From Bacteroidota bacterium (GTDB lineage Bacteria > Bacteroidota > Bacteroidia > UBA10329), in NCBI GenBank assembly GCA_046047575.1, contig JBJOHR010000074.1, forward strand, positions 1-54,201: a stretch of 54,201 bases of DNA, given 5' to 3'. A program made the translations under genes and the position numbers. The notes beneath the pieces are model-generated. The model ran no database searches and had not been told where the DNA came from. It was given only the letters and a program-made list of their open reading frames with translations. Below, in pieces: positions 38,367 to 47,234 of the stretch (the stretch's first letter is position 1; each line of letters opens with the position of its first letter).

Positions 38367-38798
38367 TTAGTCGTTCAATCCTAATTCGGTCATCGGGTCC
38401 CAGAAGTGTTTTTCAAAATCAACCACTTGGTTGTTCTCAACCCGAATGCCTTCGCTTTCTAACAGTTGCTGCATGAGTTTGGGGCCAGCAAAATGAGCTG
38501 CGCCAGAAAGCATTCCAATTCTATTTACCACCCGCTGTGCAGGAACCGGCTGATCTGAAGAATGGCAGGCGTTCATGGCCCAACCGACCATTCTGGCTGC
38601 GCTAGGACTGCCAAGGTATTTGGCAATCGCTCCGTAAGAAGTAACTCTGCCATGAGGAATGAGCTTTACCACATCCCAAACATCTTGGAAGAAAGAGTCT
38701 TTTTTTGAGTTCAACGTTTCAGGTTCAATGTTCAAAGCAGCCCCCGAAAATACGAACGACATGTCGAGCGGAATTTTGCGAAGTCGAGACATCAACAT
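38367..38798 (-). CDS. MGMT-family DNA-binding domain protein, alkyltransferase-like (no active-site Cys)
   Basis: IPHGRVTSYGAIA...MVGWAM and VPAQRVVNR in place of the PCHR motif. The start codon is uncertain. Confidence 0.75.
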   Translation of the reverse strand: MLMSRLRKIPLDMSFVFSGAALNIEPETLNSKKDSFFQDVWDVVKLIPHGRVTSYGAIAKYLGSPSAARMVGWAMNACHSSDQPVPAQRVVNRIGMLSGAAHFAGPKLMQQLLESEGIRVENNQVVDFEKHFWDPMTELGLND

Positions 38799-38846
38799 GT
38801 GTGAAATAGATTCCTCGTTCCGTTCCTCACTCGGAATGACAAAAAA

Positions 38847-39632
38847 CTAAAGGGTAAAAGCGATGTAGTTGATCTTTCTGCCTTCCTGCAGCCACAACCC
38901 TTCGTAATAGGTTCGAATGCGAAGTTCTTTCTCGCGTGAAGAGAGGAATTTATTCTCGCTCTTTTCAAGATCCGCATACACATCGGTCGATTCGCAAAGC
39001 GTGGTCAGACCCAATTCAGCAATCACTTGCTGTGTGTATTCAAAAAGAGGGTAATTGTCTGTCTTCAGTTGAACGATTCCGCCCTTCTTCAGAATCTTAC
39101 GGTAACGTTCAATAAAATTGGCGGAGGTCAATCGGTTTCGTTCGCGGTTCGCTTGTAGTTGTGGATCTGGGAATATGATCCAGATCTCGTCTACTTCACC
39201 TTCTTCGAAAAGATTGGCAATATGATCTATGCGAGTACGCAGGAAGCCAACGTTCGTCAGCTTGTTCTCCAACGCGTGCTTGGCACCGATCCACATTCGG
39301 TTACCCTTGATATCAATGCCAAGGAAGTTCCGGTCGGGATAAAGTTCCCCTTGTCCGGTTGAGTATTCGCCCTTGCCACAGGCCAATTCGAGCGTTATCG
39401 GGTTATTGTTCTTGAAATGGTCCCTGGCCCAATTTCCTTTGAGCGGGAAATCTGCGACCTCATGCGCCAGCGGCACTTCTACACAGTTCGGAAACTTGCC
39501 TATGTCGGCAAAGCGGGCCAGTTTCTTAGTGAGATTCGGTTCAGTTAAGTCGAATTTCCTCGCCACGAACGTTGTAGATATGATATTCCATGAAGGCGTA
39601 ATTGGTAGAGGATTCGATCTTAATATCTCCAC
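38847..39632 (-). CDS. trmB: tRNA (guanine46-N7)-methyltransferase
   Basis: LELACGKGEY, GIDIKG and IFPDP motifs. The start is uncertain: the ATG at 39632 overlaps rng by 92 nt, and a GTG at 39566 is an alternative. Confidence 0.88.
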   Translation of the reverse strand: MEILRSNPLPITPSWNIISTTFVARKFDLTEPNLTKKLARFADIGKFPNCVEVPLAHEVADFPLKGNWARDHFKNNNPITLELACGKGEYSTGQGELYPDRNFLGIDIKGNRMWIGAKHALENKLTNVGFLRTRIDHIANLFEEGEVDEIWIIFPDPQLQANRERNRLTSANFIERYRKILKKGGIVQLKTDNYPLFEYTQQVIAELGLTTLCESTDVYADLEKSENKFLSSREKELRIRTYYEGLWLQEGRKINYIAFTL

Positions 39633-41118
39633 CGAACTGCTTCTTCCAACCCTTTACGATGCTATTTGACCATGGTAGCCAACTTTCCGTTTTTGTAAGA
39701 TGGGAGGCTATGTATGGATGAACCTTCAGCGTAATGCTTTTCTCATTCTGTTCCTTCATGACGAAGCTGACGCTGTTCTCTATCTCAGTGTCAAAGAGTA
39801 CGGCTGCCTCAATTTCGCCTGTGCCGCCACAGCTTGGACATTTTTCCTTTGTCTTGATGTCCATTTCGGGTCGGACGCGCTGCCGGGTGATCTGCACCAA
39901 CCCGAACTTGGATGGAGGCAGAACGTTGTGCTTGGCGCGGTCGTCCTTCATTTCGTCTTTCAGCAGATTGTACAACGCCTTTCGATTGTCTTGCTTATGC
40001 ATATCAATGAAATCGATGACGATGATACCGCCCATATCGCGCAATCGAAGTTGTCGGGCAACTTCTTTGGCCGCTTCCAAATTCACTTCTAAGGCATTGG
40101 TCTCCTGATCGTTCTGTGCGTTTGTTCGAGGGCCGGAGTTCACATCGATCACATGGAGCGCTTCTGTGTGTTCAACAACCAGATACGAACCGTTCTTGAA
40201 TGTGACATGTTTGCCAAAGGAAGCTTTGATCTGTTTGTTGAGCCCAAGGCTCTCGAACAATGGCTGCGGACCTTTGTGAAACTTGAGTTTGTTCAGCTTT
40301 TCGGGAGAGGCAGAAAGGTACTTGCTGATCTCTGTGTGCACATCTGAACTATCTACAATGATGTTGTCGAAATTCGAACTGAGCATGTCACGCAACATGG
40401 AAGAACTTCGGCTCAGTTCGCCCATTACGCGTTTCGGAGGTTTGGTCTCCTTCACCTTTTCAACCATCTTAACCCACCGTTCGACAAGGTCGTTGAGGTC
40501 GTCTTCCAGATCCTTGACTTTCTTGTTCTGCGCTGCGGTTCGAACAATGAGTCCAAAGCCTTTGGGCTTGATGTCTTTGAAGATGTCCTTCAGTCGCTTT
40601 TTCTCCTCGTTGGTCTTGATCTTCTGCGATATGGATACCTTTTCGGAAAAAGGTACCAACACCATGAACTTACCGGCAAATGAAAGTTCGGTGGTAAGCC
40701 GCGGACCCTTGGTTGAAATGGGCTCTTTGGCCACTTGTACCAGAATCTCCATGCCTTGGCTCAGCACTTCATCAATTTTCCCGGTCTTCTCAATCTCGGG
40801 TTCTTGACGAAAGCGTTCGAGCATGGGCGACTTCAATTTCCCAGAACGGGTCAGTTCAATGAATTTTATCATTGTTCTGACACGAGGACCGAGGTCCAGG
40901 TAATGCTGGAAACCGTCCTTCTCGTAGCCCACATCAATGAATGCAGCATTGAGGCCAGGCATCACTTTTCGGATGCGGCCGATGTATAGATCTCCAACCT
41001 GGAAAGCGCTGTTTCCAGTTTCTTCGTGGAGTTCTATGAGTTTCTTGTCCTTTAAGAGGGCAATATCAACCTTAGAGGGTTGCGATGAGATTACCAGGTC
41101 GTAATTCACGGATAGCAA
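39541..41118 (-). CDS. rng: Ribonuclease E/G family (RNase G-like)
   Basis: S1 domain (VGDLYIGRI..V.PGLNAAFIDVG), catalytic DVNSG and IVIDFIDM motifs. The start is a TTG at 41118 or a GTG at 41109. Confidence 0.92.
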   Translation of the reverse strand: MLSVNYDLVISSQPSKVDIALLKDKKLIELHEETGNSAFQVGDLYIGRIRKVMPGLNAAFIDVGYEKDGFQHYLDLGPRVRTMIKFIELTRSGKLKSPMLERFRQEPEIEKTGKIDEVLSQGMEILVQVAKEPISTKGPRLTTELSFAGKFMVLVPFSEKVSISQKIKTNEEKKRLKDIFKDIKPKGFGLIVRTAAQNKKVKDLEDDLNDLVERWVKMVEKVKETKPPKRVMGELSRSSSMLRDMLSSNFDNIIVDSSDVHTEISKYLSASPEKLNKLKFHKGPQPLFESLGLNKQIKASFGKHVTFKNGSYLVVEHTEALHVIDVNSGPRTNAQNDQETNALEVNLEAAKEVARQLRLRDMGGIIVIDFIDMHKQDNRKALYNLLKDEMKDDRAKHNVLPPSKFGLVQITRQRVRPEMDIKTKEKCPSCGGTGEIEAAVLFDTEIENSVSFVMKEQNEKSITLKVHPYIASHLTKTESWLPWSNSIVKGWKKQFGGDIKIESSTNYAFMEYHIYNVRGEEIRLN

Positions 41119-41240
41119 GTGTTAATGGCTCGCCTACCGCATAGCGTACAACAGAACAAGGGCAATGAAGCCCTTTATTCAAAATCATGATGTAAACACT
41201 GCCGCGAGAGGCGGCCTGTGAACCTTATCTCAAAGGCTGA

Positions 41241-41333
41241 TTACTTCTTCTTCTTGTGACGGTTCTTTCTAAGACGCTTTTTGCGCTTATGGGTCGCCAT
41301 CTTATGTCTTTTTCTCTTCTTTCCGCAAGGCAT
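41241..41333 (-). CDS. 30-aa highly basic peptide, bS22 / AURKAIP1-COX24-like candidate ribosomal protein (not in the ORF track)
   Basis: The minus strand reads ATG CCT TGC GGA AAG AAG ... AAG TAA, giving MPCGKKRKRHKMATHKRKKRLRKNRHKKKK. It starts 11 nt after the TPR gene stop. Confidence 0.6.
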   Translation of the reverse strand: MPCGKKRKRHKMATHKRKKRLRKNRHKKKK

Positions 41334-41344
41334 GTCCGTACGTT

Positions 41345-42163
41345 TTAAATGTTGTTATTAAGTTCTTGTATGTAGTTGTCCACTTCCTTGATCCGCTCCG
41401 GGTCTTCGGTCAGTGACTTGTATTTCTCAAGGTCTTCAATTGCTTTGGCAAACAGTTTCTGGCGTTCGTGCAGATCGGCCAGATAGAGGTATGCATCCGC
41501 AAATTTGTCGTCAATGGTAAGCACCTTTACAAAGCGTTCCTCGGCCTTGTCGAACTGTCCGGATCGGATGGCGAAGTAACCAAGATTGATCAAAGCTTTG
41601 ATGTTGTTGGGGTCCTGTTGCTCCACACTTTTCAGAATGCCGATACCTTCCATGGGCGGTGTTCCGAGGAAAGACGCACCTTCTATCATGCAGACGCCCA
41701 GATCCACCTTCAGGTCCAGGTCTTCAGGAGCCAGTTCAAGTGCTTTTTCAAAGGCCTCTCTAGACTGTGCGTACCACCTTGTTTTGCGTGGCTGATCGCC
41801 AAGGTATTTTGCGTTCAGCAGAAATCGTTCTCCAGCCTCAGTCCATGAATCTGCCGTTCCTAGGGTTTCGGCCTTCTTCAATGCGTGAAAAGCGGCCCCG
41901 ACAGGTTTTCTCAGCATATCGTAGAAAACGATCAGGCTGTCATTCGCCTGCTGTGTTTCCCATCGGCTGACTTTGGCTAAAGCTGCGCTGTCCAGTTCAT
42001 TCTTGATCTCCGTCACATCATCCGTAATGACATAGCTTACTGCTGCTTCGGTAGCCAGGTCCTGTGCTTCCGCCTTTTCTGCAATAGGAGAAATGGGCGT
42101 GAAATAAAGGATGGCGGCAATGGCAACGGCCAATAGGATCAGTATGATCTGAGGAAGCTTCAA
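41345..42163 (-). CDS. TPR-repeat protein with N-terminal membrane anchor
   Basis: 272 aa with an N-terminal TM helix and TPR-like helical repeats. Confidence 0.7.
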   Translation of the reverse strand: MKLPQIILILLAVAIAAILYFTPISPIAEKAEAQDLATEAAVSYVITDDVTEIKNELDSAALAKVSRWETQQANDSLIVFYDMLRKPVGAAFHALKKAETLGTADSWTEAGERFLLNAKYLGDQPRKTRWYAQSREAFEKALELAPEDLDLKVDLGVCMIEGASFLGTPPMEGIGILKSVEQQDPNNIKALINLGYFAIRSGQFDKAEERFVKVLTIDDKFADAYLYLADLHERQKLFAKAIEDLEKYKSLTEDPERIKEVDNYIQELNNNI

Positions 42164-42164
42164 A

Positions 42165-42449
42165 TTATTTTACGCTCTTCTTAACCTTGCTGATAAAGGT
42201 CTTTGCAGGTTTGAAGGCAGGAACATGATGCTCCGGAATAAGGATGGTCGTATTCTTGGAAATGATGCGACCTGTCTTTTGGGCTCGTTTCTTTACGATA
42301 AAGCTCCCAAATCCTCTTAGGTAAACATTGTTTCCTTTGGCAAGGGAACTTTTTACCGAGGTCATGAAGGCTTCAACGGTGTGTTGAACCTGAAGTTTTT
42401 CGATTCCTGTCTGTTCTGAAATCTCGTTAACGATGTCAGCTTTTGTCAT
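42165..42449 (-). CDS. HU family DNA-binding protein
   Basis: 94 aa. GFGSF..KKRA...GRN/I...P arm motif. Confidence 0.9.
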   Translation of the reverse strand: MTKADIVNEISEQTGIEKLQVQHTVEAFMTSVKSSLAKGNNVYLRGFGSFIVKKRAQKTGRIISKNTTILIPEHHVPAFKPAKTFISKVKKSVK

Positions 42450-42494
42450 TAGTGCTTGATTTTGAGCCGATTAGTGCTTCTTTAAAAGGGCGGG

Positions 42495-42502
42495 CAAAGG
42501 TA
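42495..42502 (-). promoter_or_regulatory. Bacteroidetes-type -7 box (TACCTTTG) for the HU operon
   Basis: Matches TAnnTTTG on the minus strand, 46 nt upstream of the HU ATG. Confidence 0.45.
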
Positions 42503-42536
42503 ATCGAATATTTCAATTAAGGTTGATTTACCTGTT

Positions 42537-42544
42537 TATTTTTG
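42537..42544 (+). promoter_or_regulatory. Bacteroidetes-type -7 box (TATTTTTG) for mutY
   Basis: Matches TAnnTTTG, 13 nt upstream of the mutY ATG. Confidence 0.45.
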
Positions 42545-42556
42545 GCGTAGGTATAA

Positions 42557-43627
42557 ATGAAGTATGGTAGCATGTTTCCGAAGGAAGAATTGTTGGGCTG
42601 GTATGATCGGAACAAACGGGCCATGCCATGGCGGGAATCGGTAGATCCATATTGTATCTGGCTTTCAGAGATCATTCTGCAACAGACCCGTGTAGATCAA
42701 GGCATGCCTTACTACGAACGGTTTGTAACTACTTTTCCAAATGTGAAAAGCTTGGCCAATGCATCGGAAGATGAGGTTCTTAAGCTTTGGGAGGGTTTGG
42801 GTTACTACTCGCGCGCCAGAAATCTCCATGCCACGGCCAAGTACATAGCATCCGACCTTGAAGGGAATTTCCCAACCACATATCAGGGTCTGTTGGCATT
42901 GAAAGGCGTTGGACCGTATACAGCGGCTGCCATCGGTTCCATTGCGTTTGGATTGAAAGCGGCTGCAGTTGATGGTAATGTCAACCGGGTGCTGGCCAGA
43001 TTTTTCGGCATCATGGAGTCGATTGACGAAGCATCTACCAAAAAGACAATTTCTATTCTGGCCAATGAGGTGTTGAATAGCAATAGGCCTGGCGATCACA
43101 ATCAGGCCATCATGGAATTGGGGGCAACCGTATGTACTCCTCAACAGCCTGATTGTGTCCATTGTCCGCTCGTACTCGGTTGCAAAGCGCAGCAACTCGG
43201 ATCTCAGTCAGAACTTCCTGTAAGGAGTAAGCGAGTGCGCATTCGTAACCGGTACTTCAATTACACAGCGGTGTTGCATGACGATGAGGTTGCCATAAGC
43301 AGAAGAGGGCAGGGCGACATTTGGCAGGGACTATATGAGTTTCCTTTGATTGAGACAGATTCCCGTTTGAGTGAGACAGACCTGGTTCAGATGGTCACTT
43401 CCGAATACCAAGGAGTGGTTATTTCCATTTCGAAGGAGTTCAAGCACGTACTCTCTCATCAGCATGTTTATGCTCGTTTCCTCCTGTTGCGTGTTGCTAA
43501 GAGACCAACGGAAGACCTGAAGTGGGTTTCGATGGCCGAACTTCGTAAATTTGCCTTCCCAAGATTGATCAACAGGTATATTGATAGCTCAAGCTTTGAT
43601 TTTGACGCAGAAGTTTCCAATATTTGA
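42557..43627 (+). CDS. mutY: A/G-specific adenine DNA glycosylase
   Basis: HhH-GPD (LKGVGPYTAAAI), 4Fe-4S loop C..QQPDCVHCPL..GC, and a C-terminal NUDIX-like domain. Confidence 0.93.
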   Translation: MKYGSMFPKEELLGWYDRNKRAMPWRESVDPYCIWLSEIILQQTRVDQGMPYYERFVTTFPNVKSLANASEDEVLKLWEGLGYYSRARNLHATAKYIASDLEGNFPTTYQGLLALKGVGPYTAAAIGSIAFGLKAAAVDGNVNRVLARFFGIMESIDEASTKKTISILANEVLNSNRPGDHNQAIMELGATVCTPQQPDCVHCPLVLGCKAQQLGSQSELPVRSKRVRIRNRYFNYTAVLHDDEVAISRRGQGDIWQGLYEFPLIETDSRLSETDLVQMVTSEYQGVVISISKEFKHVLSHQHVYARFLLLRVAKRPTEDLKWVSMAELRKFAFPRLINRYIDSSSFDFDAEVSNI

Positions 43628-43651
43628 TAAGAACATTAAAACAGTTGCGAC

Positions 43652-44095
43652 ATGTCAGGAGTCAATAAAGTAATTCTAGTTGGTCGGCTAGGTGCCGACC
43701 CAGAAGTCAGATCACTTGAAGGTGGAACCAAGGTTGCCAGCATTCGTTTGGCCACATCTGAACGATATAAGGATAAGAACGGAAATCAGCAGGAATCTAC
43801 CGAATGGCACAATGTGGTGCTATGGCGCGGTCTTGCAGAAGTTACCGAGAAGTATCTGAAAAAAGGCGATCAGGTGTATGTTGAGGGAAAGATCAAGACC
43901 CGAAAATGGACCGATAAAGAAGGTAATGACCGCTATTCTACAGACATTGTAGCTGATGATATGACCATGCTGGGCGGTGGATCTGGAGGAGATAAGGGAG
44001 GATTGAGCTCAGGTGGAGGTGCAGCCACTTCGGCCAACCGTGTCAATGAGCCTTCGGCTTCTTTGGATGATATTGATGACGATCTACCTTTCTGA
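43652..44095 (+). CDS. ssb: Single-stranded DNA-binding protein
   Basis: OB fold ([14 protein letters not shown]), Gly-rich linker, and acidic tip DDDLPF. Confidence 0.96.
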   Translation: MSGVNKVILVGRLGADPEVRSLEGGTKVASIRLATSERYKDKNGNQQESTEWHNVVLWRGLAEVTEKYLKKGDQVYVEGKIKTRKWTDKEGNDRYSTDIVADDMTMLGGGSGGDKGGLSSGGGAATSANRVNEPSASLDDIDDDLPF

Positions 44096-44133
44096 TCACA
44101 TGGTGGATCCACGTATAACGAATCTGTTCTGAG

Positions 44134-45513
44134 TTGGAAGACCCTCCGGAACCCCTTCTTACATTCCTAGATCTCGTTCTACTTGCAGGCATGCAGCCGG
44201 TCGAGTTGTTGCTCGGCTTGGCTGTTCTTGTGGTTCTGCTGGTGTGCTCTGCTGTGATATCTGGTGCTGAAGTAGCCTATTTTTCCATGTCTAAGAGTGA
44301 ACTGGAGGAGTTGGAAAATTCCGATCAGCGCATTCGCCAGCAGGCATTGGTACTGTTGGAACGACCCAAGAAACTGCTGGCCACTATTCTGGTGGCCAAC
44401 AATTTCGTGAACGTGGGAATCGTCATTCTCTCCACATATCTCGTATCTAAAAATGTTCCTGCAGAATTTCTGCATTATCTACTTGGTGGTCTGGTGCCAG
44501 TAGGTAGAATGATAGAGGTATTCGGGATCACCTTGATCGTGTTGTTGTTCGGAGAGATAATACCTAAGGTTTACGCCAACCAGCATGCGGTAACCTTTGC
44601 ATCGTTCATGTCTTTTCCAATCTACTATCTCTCAATTCTTTTTTCGTTTCTGAGCATTCCGCTTATCAAAATGACATCGGTTGTCGATAAATTGGCCAAG
44701 GGAGACAATAAGCAGATATCTGTTGATGAGTTGAGCCACGCTTTGGAGTTGACCTCCGCATCCTCTGTAAGAGAGAAGGAAGATCGAAAGATCCTTGAGG
44801 GCATTGTGAAGTTCGGAAACACCGATGTAAAGCAGATCATGAAGCCGCGGCCAGATATTGATGCCATTGAGGTTTCGAGCGATTACGAGCAATTGCTTTC
44901 CACCATTTTGGAATCAGGTTATTCGCGCGTGCCGATCTATGAGGAAACCTTGGACAATATACTTGGGGTGGTTCATGTGAAAGACCTTTTGCCCCACATG
45001 GATCAGCCTAACGATTTTGATTGGCGTTCGCTCATGCGCCCACCATTCTTTGTTCCGGAAAGCAAAATGATCGATGACCTGTTAGAGGAATTCAGAAGTC
45101 GAAAAGTGCATTTGGCCATTGTGGTCGATGAGTACGGAGGGTGCGAGGGTCTGGTAACCTTGGAAGATATCATAGAAGAAATAGTGGGCGATATTTCTGA
45201 TGAGTTTGATGACGAAGAGGTGGCCTATTCCAAATTGGATGACGACAATTTCGTGTTCGAGGGAAAGACCAATCTCAAGCAATTCTATAGGGTGCTTAAA
45301 ATAGACGGAGAACAATTCGAAGAGAACAAAGGGGAAGCCGATACACTGGCAGGATTCATTCTGGAGCAAGCCGGAAAAATTCCAACAAAGAATCAGGTCA
45401 TCAGTTTTGAACACTACGATTTTACGATTGAGAGCGTTGATAAAAGAAGGATAAAGCGAGTGAAGGTCACACGCAACCAGACCGTGAATGAAGGTGCAGA
45501 TGATGAAGCTTAG
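44134..45513 (+). CDS. gldE: Gliding motility-associated protein GldE (DUF21-CBS-CorC/HlyC family)
   Basis: DUF21 TM region, CBS pair and CorC_HlyC C-terminal domain. The mutY-ssb-gldE-gldD order matches F. johnsoniae. TTG start. Confidence 0.8.
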   Translation: MEDPPEPLLTFLDLVLLAGMQPVELLLGLAVLVVLLVCSAVISGAEVAYFSMSKSELEELENSDQRIRQQALVLLERPKKLLATILVANNFVNVGIVILSTYLVSKNVPAEFLHYLLGGLVPVGRMIEVFGITLIVLLFGEIIPKVYANQHAVTFASFMSFPIYYLSILFSFLSIPLIKMTSVVDKLAKGDNKQISVDELSHALELTSASSVREKEDRKILEGIVKFGNTDVKQIMKPRPDIDAIEVSSDYEQLLSTILESGYSRVPIYEETLDNILGVVHVKDLLPHMDQPNDFDWRSLMRPPFFVPESKMIDDLLEEFRSRKVHLAIVVDEYGGCEGLVTLEDIIEEIVGDISDEFDDEEVAYSKLDDDNFVFEGKTNLKQFYRVLKIDGEQFEENKGEADTLAGFILEQAGKIPTKNQVISFEHYDFTIESVDKRRIKRVKVTRNQTVNEGADDEA

Positions 45514-46087
45514 ATCAGGTTCAATTGCCGTTTTCCTCCTACCGGTCATCATTGCTACTGGCTGTCAGGAGGAATACACTCCTAAACCGAGAGCCTACAT
45601 GCGGATCGCTCTGCCTGAAAAGAGTTACCACGCCATCGAAACGGACTGCCCATATATGTTTGAAACGGCAGATTATTCATCTTTCGTTCCGGATACCCGA
45701 ACTTCGTCAGATCCGTGCTGGTTCGATATCGATTATCCTCAGTTCAAGGCCAAACTACACTTCAGTTACAAACCCATTGCTGGTAATCTGGTAGAGTATC
45801 TGGAAGATTCCAGAACGCTGACCAACAAGCACATCAGCAAAGCTTCCAATATTGAAGAAAGTATTATTCAGAAAGAGGATGCCCGAGTTTTCGGTGTGCT
45901 TTATAGGATTGAAGGTAGCCAGGCGGCATCTCCGATCCAATTTCATTTAACAGATAGCACCGATCACTTTTTACGTGGAGCACTGTATTTCAATGTTGCT
46001 CCGAACAACGATTCTCTAGCTCCCGTTATCGATTTTCTGAGTCAGGATGTTCTTCACCTCATTGAAACGTTGCGCTGGAAGCCATAG
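45500..46087 (+). CDS. gldD: Gliding motility lipoprotein GldD
   Basis: Lipobox IATGCQ, about 195 aa, immediately downstream of and overlapping gldE. Confidence 0.75.
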   Translation: MMKLRSGSIAVFLLPVIIATGCQEEYTPKPRAYMRIALPEKSYHAIETDCPYMFETADYSSFVPDTRTSSDPCWFDIDYPQFKAKLHFSYKPIAGNLVEYLEDSRTLTNKHISKASNIEESIIQKEDARVFGVLYRIEGSQAASPIQFHLTDSTDHFLRGALYFNVAPNNDSLAPVIDFLSQDVLHLIETLRWKP

Positions 46088-47150
46088 ACCGGGTCTGAAC
46101 CCTGGTCCGTCTTCCCAACACGAAATACAGGTAGACCTGCGCTCCGAATATGAGGCAAGATAGGAGCAGATGCATGGGTTGTGCCCAGCTCGGAACTCCA
46201 AAATAGGCCATTACAACACCAGAAAAGGTGGCTATGAGAACGAATGCTGCGAGATAGAAACCGGCTCGATATACGGCAAAGTAGTGATGCATGTACTTGT
46301 AGATCTGGTAACAGACCCAACCGTTACCAACAAGTATAAGTAGTGAAAACGACCGGTGCACCTTGAACAACCAATCAAGCTGATCGATCCAAACTGAACG
46401 ATCTGCAAACTCCTTTGCTACCACATCTATCTGCTGTCTTACTTGTGTTCCCAGCAGTACTTGTAGCAGCGTGATGACAATGAGAGCGCCAAGAGCGTAT
46501 CTCATTGTGTTGACCATGTTGAAAGTGGCAAGGCCCCGCCTTCCAGGAGCTGTTTTAACGTACAGGTATATCAGTCCTGCAATGAGCACGAATGCTAGGA
46601 TCATGTGCGCGGTCAGAACCCCTGGTAGCAGGTTGGTGCTTACTACTACAGACCCCATCCATCCCTGAAATCCGGTTACCACGATCACTCCAAGTACCAT
46701 CAGCGGTATCTTACGCCTCTTTTTCCAATACATGAGCGATGCAAGGAAGGAGGCGATCAGCAATGATCCCAACGTTGCACCAGCCAACCGATTCACATAT
46801 TCCGTCCAGGTTTTCTGCCAAACGAATTCCGTTTCTTCATAAATGCTCGGGTCAACGCTAATACGGTCCGCTAATTGTTCAAACCCCAATGGGCGCAGCA
46901 TGTTGGCCAATTTCTCATTCTTGGCTTTTCGGATTCCGATATAATGTTCCTTATAATCTTCTGGAAGCGAGGAGGCATCTGTTGGAGGTATGATCCTACC
47001 GAAGCACTTTGGCCAGTCCGGACAGCCCATTCCAGAACCCGTCATCCTGACCACACCACCTGCAAGAATCACTAAATAGGTAAAGAAGATGGATGCCTTG
47101 AGCAAACTCCTGAACCGATTCTGTTTTCTGCGTGTTCTGCCTAATCCCAT
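46059..47150 (-). CDS. ctaA: Haem A synthase (COX15/CtaA family)
   Basis: Eight TM helices with conserved His residues and GGVVRMTGSGMGCPDWPKC. The ATG at 47150 is preferred over the tracked start at 47219. Confidence 0.85.
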   Translation of the reverse strand: MGLGRTRRKQNRFRSLLKASIFFTYLVILAGGVVRMTGSGMGCPDWPKCFGRIIPPTDASSLPEDYKEHYIGIRKAKNEKLANMLRPLGFEQLADRISVDPSIYEETEFVWQKTWTEYVNRLAGATLGSLLIASFLASLMYWKKRRKIPLMVLGVIVVTGFQGWMGSVVVSTNLLPGVLTAHMILAFVLIAGLIYLYVKTAPGRRGLATFNMVNTMRYALGALIVITLLQVLLGTQVRQQIDVVAKEFADRSVWIDQLDWLFKVHRSFSLLILVGNGWVCYQIYKYMHHYFAVYRAGFYLAAFVLIATFSGVVMAYFGVPSWAQPMHLLLSCLIFGAQVYLYFVLGRRTRVQTRSMASSATFQ

Positions 47151-47155
47151 TTCCG

Positions 47156-47163
47156 CAAAGCTA
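47156..47163 (-). promoter_or_regulatory. Bacteroidetes-type -7 box (TAGCTTTG)
   Basis: Matches TAnnTTTG on the minus strand, only 5 nt upstream of the ctaA ATG (leaderless-type). Confidence 0.35.
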
Positions 47164-47186
47164 GTAAACAGGTAATTGCACAAACG

Positions 47187-47210
47187 AAAAAAGGCGGCAA
47201 TTGCCGCCCC
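47187..47210 (-). terminator. Rho-independent terminator of the tail-fibre-like gene
   Basis: Perfect palindrome GGCGGCAATTGCCGCC followed on the minus strand by TTTTTT. Confidence 0.85.
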
Positions 47211-47234
47211 TTCTTTCATCTTAAGTGTGCGTTC

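Noticed and set aside
38338-38368. Imperfect hairpin (AGAGC-GGAAA...TTTCC...GCTCT) between the cytochrome c gene and the MGMT-like gene as a bidirectional terminator
   Set aside because: The stem is interrupted by an internal loop and neither side has a U-tract, so support is too weak to annotate it.
46059-46087. 29-bp convergent overlap of the gldD and ctaA 3' ends
   Set aside because: Short convergent overlaps are common, and I saw no terminator or other structure there. It is probably only compact gene packing, or a slightly over-extended ctaA C-terminus.
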